Shown here in pieces: positions 56,114 through 64,000 of a stretch of 64,000 bases of DNA (the stretch's first letter is position 1; every line of letters starts with the position of its first letter). The stretch is from the human T2T-CHM13v2.0 reference genome, Homo sapiens. Where the stretch lies: NCBI RefSeq assembly GCF_009914755.1, contig NC_060926.1. One strand, written 5' to 3'. The translations under genes were made by a program, and so were the position numbers. The notes under the pieces are model-generated. The model worked only from the letters and a program-made list of their open reading frames with translations. It did not search any database and was not told the DNA's origin.

Positions 56114-57710
56114 TCAAAAAAAAGAAGAAGAAGAAGAAAAGGTATACAGGCCAGGTGTGGTGGAACACACCTGTAGTCCCAGCTACTCAGGAGGCTAAGG
56201 CAGGAGGACCCCCTTGAGTCCAGGAGATTGAGGCTACAGTGAGCTATGATAGCGCCACTGTACTCCAGCTTGGACGACAGAGCAAGTCTGTCTCTGAAAT
56301 AGAAAGGAAAAAAGGTATACAGATCATCAATAAACATAAGAACAACTTTACCAAATTACCAAAATTAAGTAATAATAATACCCAGTGTTGGCCAGAGTGT
56401 AGGGAAACAGACATACATTGTAGGTGAGAGTATAAATTTGTGGAAGCTTTTGGAAGGATATTTTGCTAATAGCTAGAGTAAAAATGCTAACCAGGCGATT
56501 ATACTGCTAGTTTAGTATAGGAATCTAGTCATAAAAGTCACTAAGATATAGGTACAAGAATGTTCTTTATACTATTGTATATATATATATATGTATGTAT
56601 GTATATATAAATCTGATAAATGGGGCTAGTAAATAATTCTATTTCCAAAAAATTCAGCAATTAAAATGCAAAAATATTTCCTGGATAGACTATTTAGTGG
56701 GAAAAGCAAAATGCAGAACAGTGTGAAACCATCTGTGTAAAATTTTTGAAAGGATATGTATGTTTTTCTTTTTTTCTTCCCCTTCTTGTTCCATATACAA
56801 GAAGCTATCAGGCTGGTTCACACCTATAACCTCAGGACTTTGGGAGGCCAAGGCAGACAGAGTACTTTAGCCCAGGAGTTCAAGACCAGCCTGGCCAAAA
56901 TGGTGAAACACTGTCTCTACTAAAAATGCAGAAAATTAGCTGGGCATGATGGCTCACTCCTGTAGTCCCAGCTACTCGGGAGGTTGAGGTGGGAGGATCA
57001 CTTGAGCTTCAGAAGTCGAGGCTGCAATGAGCCGTGATCGCACCACTGCACTCCAGTCTGGGCAACAGGAGTTGCCCTGTCTTAAAACAAAACAAACAGA
57101 CAAAAGCTATTAACAAGTTCCCACCTTTGGGGCAAGGGATTAGAGATTTGGGGATCAGAGAATGGGGAGGAAGATGTGAAGATGTTTGCTTTTCATTTCT
57201 TTCTGTATTGTTACATTTTTATATATTTTTTTCCTTTTGAGACAGGGTCTGGCACTGTTACCCAGGCTGGAGTGTGTGGCACGAGCTCACCTCTGCTTCC
57301 CGGGCTCAAGTGAGCCTCCCACCTCAGACTCCCTGGTAGCTGGGACTACAGGCAGAAACCACCAAGCCTGGCTAATTTTTCTATTTTTTGTAGAGACAGT
57401 TTCACCATGTTACCCAGGCTGGTCTCAAACTCCTGAGCTCAAGCAATACACCTGTGTTGACCTCCCAAAGTGCTGGGATTACAGGCATGAACTATCATGC
57501 CCGACCTGTTTCATTTTTTAAAAACCATGTACCTGGCCGGGCACGGTGGCTCACACCTGTAATCCCAGCACTTTGGAAGGCTGAGGCGGGCGGATCACTT
57601 TTGGTTGGGAGTTCGAGACCAGCCTGACCAACATGGAGAAACCCCATCTCTACTAAAAAATACAAAATTAGCTGGGCGTGGTGGTGCATGCCTGTAGTCC
57701 CAGCTACTCA

Positions 57711-57815
<105 letters not shown>

Positions 57816-58934
57816 TCAAAAAAAAAAAAGTGCCTGTGTTATTTTCACATGTATTATTTTCATGCTTTAAAAATGTAAAATAAATGAAGCTATAGGCAAA
57901 AACTACCAAATACATTTTATCTAAAGCTAGGATACCAGTTATTTGTTTTGTTGTTTGTTTTTTTCCTCGAAGAAATCATGAGGTATATATATAGTTTTGT
58001 GGCTTCACCACTGTAATCCCCAAGGCTTTTCCAGTAGGGAACAAAGTAGAAAGTGTAAAGTATAAATGAACAGATTATTTGAGATTCATCAGTTCCCTGT
58101 ACATAGCTCTCCCTTAGCCCCAATTACTATTCTTTCTACTTCAGGCTAAGAAATCACCGCATGGTTTTGAAAGTATTAAACTATCATTTTATAGCAGAAG
58201 AACTAGAATCACAGTAGAGTTATAGGGACAGAATTATTCCAGCTTCCACCTGTTTACTCTCTATTAGAGAAATGTAATGTTGTGAAATGGTAGATTGGAG
58301 ACCAAAGTGTTGTATTACAGTAGGCTTAAGTTAATGCCAGTGATCTGGTTTGATCTTAAATGAACTGTAATGATTTGAAAGAAAGCACAAATTTTAAGAT
58401 TTTGCTATTCCTTCTCTCCTTGTTCTAGACGATTTGTCTCTTTTTTATAGTCTTCCTTAGAGCTTTCCTCAATCTCTTGTCAGTTCTTGGAATTGAGTTT
58501 TCTTACTTCTTCCCAAATCACAGATGTTTTCCCACCCTGTGAAATCTAGGGACTGGCTGGCCAGAGTGTTACCGCAATTGTGTTATTCTGGAGGAAATCC
58601 TTTCTTTATCTGCCAGGAATTTCTGGCTCCAAACCAGGGGAAAAAATTTGGTGCACTGCCAGGTAATTGCCTTCTTCCTTTTCCCTTTAGCCGTCTGCAG
58701 GCGACTAGCTGGAGCCCACGGGTAAAACCACAGCCTCCAGGGTTGGGAGGGAGCAACTTTCAGGGATCCTGAAGGATAAGGCCAATCACTTCTCCTCCAT
58801 ACAGACAGGACCTCATTTAAACCACAACCTAGCCTTTGTTAGTGCCTTCCAAAAGGAGAACTCATCTAAACTCTGTTGATCACGAATCTCAGTGTTAAAA
58901 ATCACTATCATAAAATTTTTTCTTTCATCTACAC

Positions 58935-59424
<490 letters not shown>

Positions 59425-59812
59425 TGACCAATTTTGTTTGTATTTTTAGTAGAGATTGGGTTTCACCATGTTGGCCAGGCTCATCTCGAACTCCTGAACT
59501 CAGGTGATCCGCTGCCTCAGCCTTCCAAAATTCTGGGATTACAGGCATGCACCACCATGCCTGGCCAACAACTGGTTTTCAAACTGTGTTTTGGGAAGCC
59601 CTCTGAGGAGACAGCTCGCTGGGCTAGGGAATGCCAGTCTTCCAGTACCCTTTTTTTCTGTTTTATATATTGTCCTTTCAAATTTTGTTTCAAGGGTTCT
59701 ATAACCAAAAGTTTAAAAGTCACTAACCTAAGCAGAATCCCTTCTTTTGCAACTTTAGCCCATTTACTTTTGGTCTTCCCTCAGTGCAGGTAGAGAAGAG
59801 CTGGTTATTTAA

Positions 59813-59998
<186 letters not shown>

Positions 59999-60432
59999 TA
60001 GTAGAGATGGGGTTTCACCATGTTGGTCAGGCTGGTCTGGAACTCCTGACCTCACAATCTACCCGCCATGGCCTCCCAAAGTGCTGGGGTTACAGGCGTG
60101 AGCCACTGCACCCCGGCTATTTAACTCATTTTATAGGCCTCTCAAGGAAGTAATTAAATAATTGAAAGCTTAATCTTAAATAAGCCTTATCCTTTCGTAT
60201 ACTTCATAAGTCTGCCATATTTTTCCAATCCTTTAATTTGTATTTATGACCCTTCTCTCCAAAATCCTACAAATTTGCACACAGTGAAATAATACTCCGG
60301 ATGGAAGAGTACCTTTCTGTGTATCCCAGCATCTTTCCCTTATTATTCAGGGTCACCAGCAGCACCATGGCCAGAGGGAGTGTCCAGATAGTGCTAGAAG
60401 AGAGGCAAAAGGCAAGGCCAAGTCTGATGTGA

Positions 60433-61056
<624 letters not shown>

Positions 61057-61559
61057 TGACTTCCCAGGCTCAATTGATCCTCCCACCTCAGCCTCCCAAG
61101 TAGCTGGGACTACAGGCACTTGCCACCATGCCCAGCTAATTTTTTGTATTTTCAGTAGAGACGAGTTTTCACTATGTTGCCAAGACTGGTCTTGAACTCC
61201 TGGGCTCAGGCAGTCCGCCCACCTTGACCTCCCAAAGTGCTGCAATTTACAGGTGTGAGCCACTGCACCCGGCCTGTATGTTTGTTTTTTGTTTTTGAGA
61301 CAGGGGTCTTGCTGTATTGCCCAGGATACAGTGCTGAGTTACTCAGACTGGTCTCGAACTCCTGGCCTCAAGCAATCCTCCTGCCTCAGCCTCCTAAAGC
61401 CCTGAGAATACAGGCTTGAACCACCATGCCCAGCCAATACATTTTAGTCATAGCAAATATTTATATTAAAAGATAATTAAAATCACCCATAATTCTACCA
61501 CTCAGAGATAATTACTATTAAAAATTTGGTGTATGTCCTTCCAGAATTTTCTTCTATGA

Positions 61560-61718
<159 letters not shown>

Positions 61719-62310
61719 TGAGTAGCTGGGATTACAGGTGCACACCACCATGCCTGGCTAGTTTTTGTATTTTTAGTAGAGATGGGGTTTCACCATGTTG
61801 GCCAGGCTGGTCTGGAACTCCTGACCTCAGGTGGTCCACTCACCTCGGCCACCCAAAGTGCTGAGATTACAGGAACGAGCCACCATGCCCGGTCCATATA
61901 TAAAACATTTGTATACACAGTATTGTCACTTTTATGTCCCACGGACAACTCAAACACACTATGTGCCAAAAAAATAAAATTTTCCGTCTTCCCTAAACCT
62001 GTTTCACTGTCACCTACTGTTCACTTCAAAACCTAGGAGTTCATGACCCTCTGTCTCCCTCACCACCATCCCACGGATCACTAAGTCTCCTTGTTAGCTC
62101 TTCTCTTCCAGAAATCATACTAGTCACACTCTGACCCATTCTTTCTAAGACTGAAGTCTAGCACTTAAGAAAATATAAAACAGGCTGTGTGCAGTGGCTC
62201 ATGCCTATAACCCCAGTACTTTGGGAGGCCAAGGTGGGAGGATTGCTTGAGCCCAGGAGTTAAAGACCAGCCTGAACAACATAGTGAGACCCCATGTCTA
62301 CAAAAAATTA

Positions 62311-62490
<180 letters not shown>

Positions 62491-62929
62491 TTATTTCAAG
62501 AGTCTACATTTGCATAACTAAAAACTGGGCTCCCCAATGCAGGGTGCCCAGTGTCTCTGTCAGCTAATATTGTACTACCCGCTGGACACCTGAAAGTTGT
62601 CATTTTCAGGGAAACCAATAAAAACAGGTGTGAAGTCATGTTTAGTCATTTTGAAGTCAGGTGTCTATGTTTGAGGGTTGAATTCTAGAGGCCTCCAGAA
62701 ATAAAAGGGGTACAGCCTAGCTCCGAAATGAGTTGGTTACAGAGGTGTCCAGATATAATGATGGTGAATATACCTTGTAATTTAGAATCTAAGGAAGGGT
62801 TATTTGGAAGTGGGTAATTAGTCTCAACTAACATTGGTGCCACTTCTCCTTACAGTCTGAGGAAACTGTGGAGGGAGAAGGTGCTCCCAGATGACAGAGC
62901 CACTCTCATTCTGCTATACTGATGATAAC

Positions 62930-63150
62930 AGGTAACATTTATTGAGTACTTGGTGTGTACTAGGCATAGTGCTAAGAGTGCTCGTTCTTTCTTTTATTCC
63001 TCACAACACCACTGTAAATTGAGGCATGTGCAAAACAAGAGGACAGAGAGGCTTAGCAAGGTTAGCTACTTTGTCTAAGGTCACTTAGCTAGAAAGTGCA
63101 AGAGCTGGGATTGGAACCACGACCATGCAACTTCAGAGTCCTAGTACTTA
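62930..63150. mobile_element. MIR SINE (similar MIR fragments near 20400-20500, 25600-25750, 37530-37600, 53330-53450)
   Basis: AACATTTATTGAGTACTT...CACAACACC...AAGGTCACTTAGCTAGAAAGTG...GAGCTGGGATTGGAACC MIR core. Confidence 0.7.
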
Positions 63151-64000
63151 AGGCATTCAGTCTTTGCTGCCTATAACCACGACTCCACAGTAAGAACCAG
63201 GGTCAGAGAGAAAAGGAGGTGACCCAGGAGGATGATCCATCATAGTCTTGTGGAAGGTAGGGGCCTGGGAATGAACCCAGTCCAAAGGGAGTAAAACTCC
63301 TAGTCCAAACTGTGCCCCCAAAGCTTCTGCATTTGAACGAAGGCCTGAAACAGACATTTACAATAGAGTGAGCCAGTTTGGACTGTTGAAGAGGCTCTGA
63401 GTAGGGAGTTAGCTACCCTGAAGAATAAGGCCAGAAATTTGCCAGTTTCCCAATTTCCGAGTGTCCAATACTGTCGGGGCAAGTTCTTCACCTGCTGCTC
63501 ATCTCCTAATTTAGCCATCCATATGCACAGTTAACAGAAACCTTTGGATTCCAAAAAAACACTGTTATTATATAGTATTCACTTCAACAACCTATTACCC
63601 TTGCAAGCTTCCAAATGACTGAAAATTTTACACTCACTCAGCAATTATTTAAAATTATTTACTGATTCTGTCTCCCAGACACTGTGTCAGATGCTGGAGA
63701 TGTAGTGGTGAACAGGAAAACCAGAGTCCTTGTTTTCATGGCGTAAAGGGGAGAAAGCAGATGGTATTTGAGTAATTTACAAAGTGTAAGGAATGACATG
63801 TTGGGAAAGTATATGAGTCTACACAAATACCTAGCAAAGAGACTTTCCAACTCAGAGGTCAGGGAATGTCTCCTTGAGGAAATTACTTTTAAGTTTAGAC
63901 TTGAAGAAAATAGGCCTTTGCCTATTGACGGGGTAGGTAATATTAATAGAAGGTGAAGAATCAGCTGGGCACGGTGGCTCATGCCTGTAATCTCAGCACT

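Noticed and set aside
62520-63600. Largely unique sequence with short ORFs near the end of the window
   Set aside because: No splice-consistent exon chain, CpG island or recognisable product; it could be an enhancer but sequence alone cannot support that

Overview
Primate (most likely human) genomic DNA, very Alu-rich, containing the complete + strand NOP58 gene (box C/D snoRNP core protein). The 15 coding exons (ATG 6975 to TAA 44457, all introns GT-AG, phases consistent) give a 1590-nt CDS, i.e. 529 aa. The gene has a CpG-island promoter (~6620-7270) and an AATAAA at 44659. Four intronic box C/D snoRNAs (SNORD70, SNORD70B, SNORD11B, SNORD11) all carry the antisense core GTCACTACC against one 18S rRNA segment. 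The flanks are intergenic sequence of Alu, L1, L2, MIR, DNA-transposon and LTR relics, and almost all ORF-track entries are Alu translation artefacts. Best leads, all predicted from sequence only: a candidate poison exon whose branch-point region lies inside SNORD70B (possible snoRNP-coupled autoregulation, by analogy to NOP56/snoRD86), a pair of candidate poison exons in intron 1, and a second partial 18S complementarity in the C-D' spacers of the snoRNAs.
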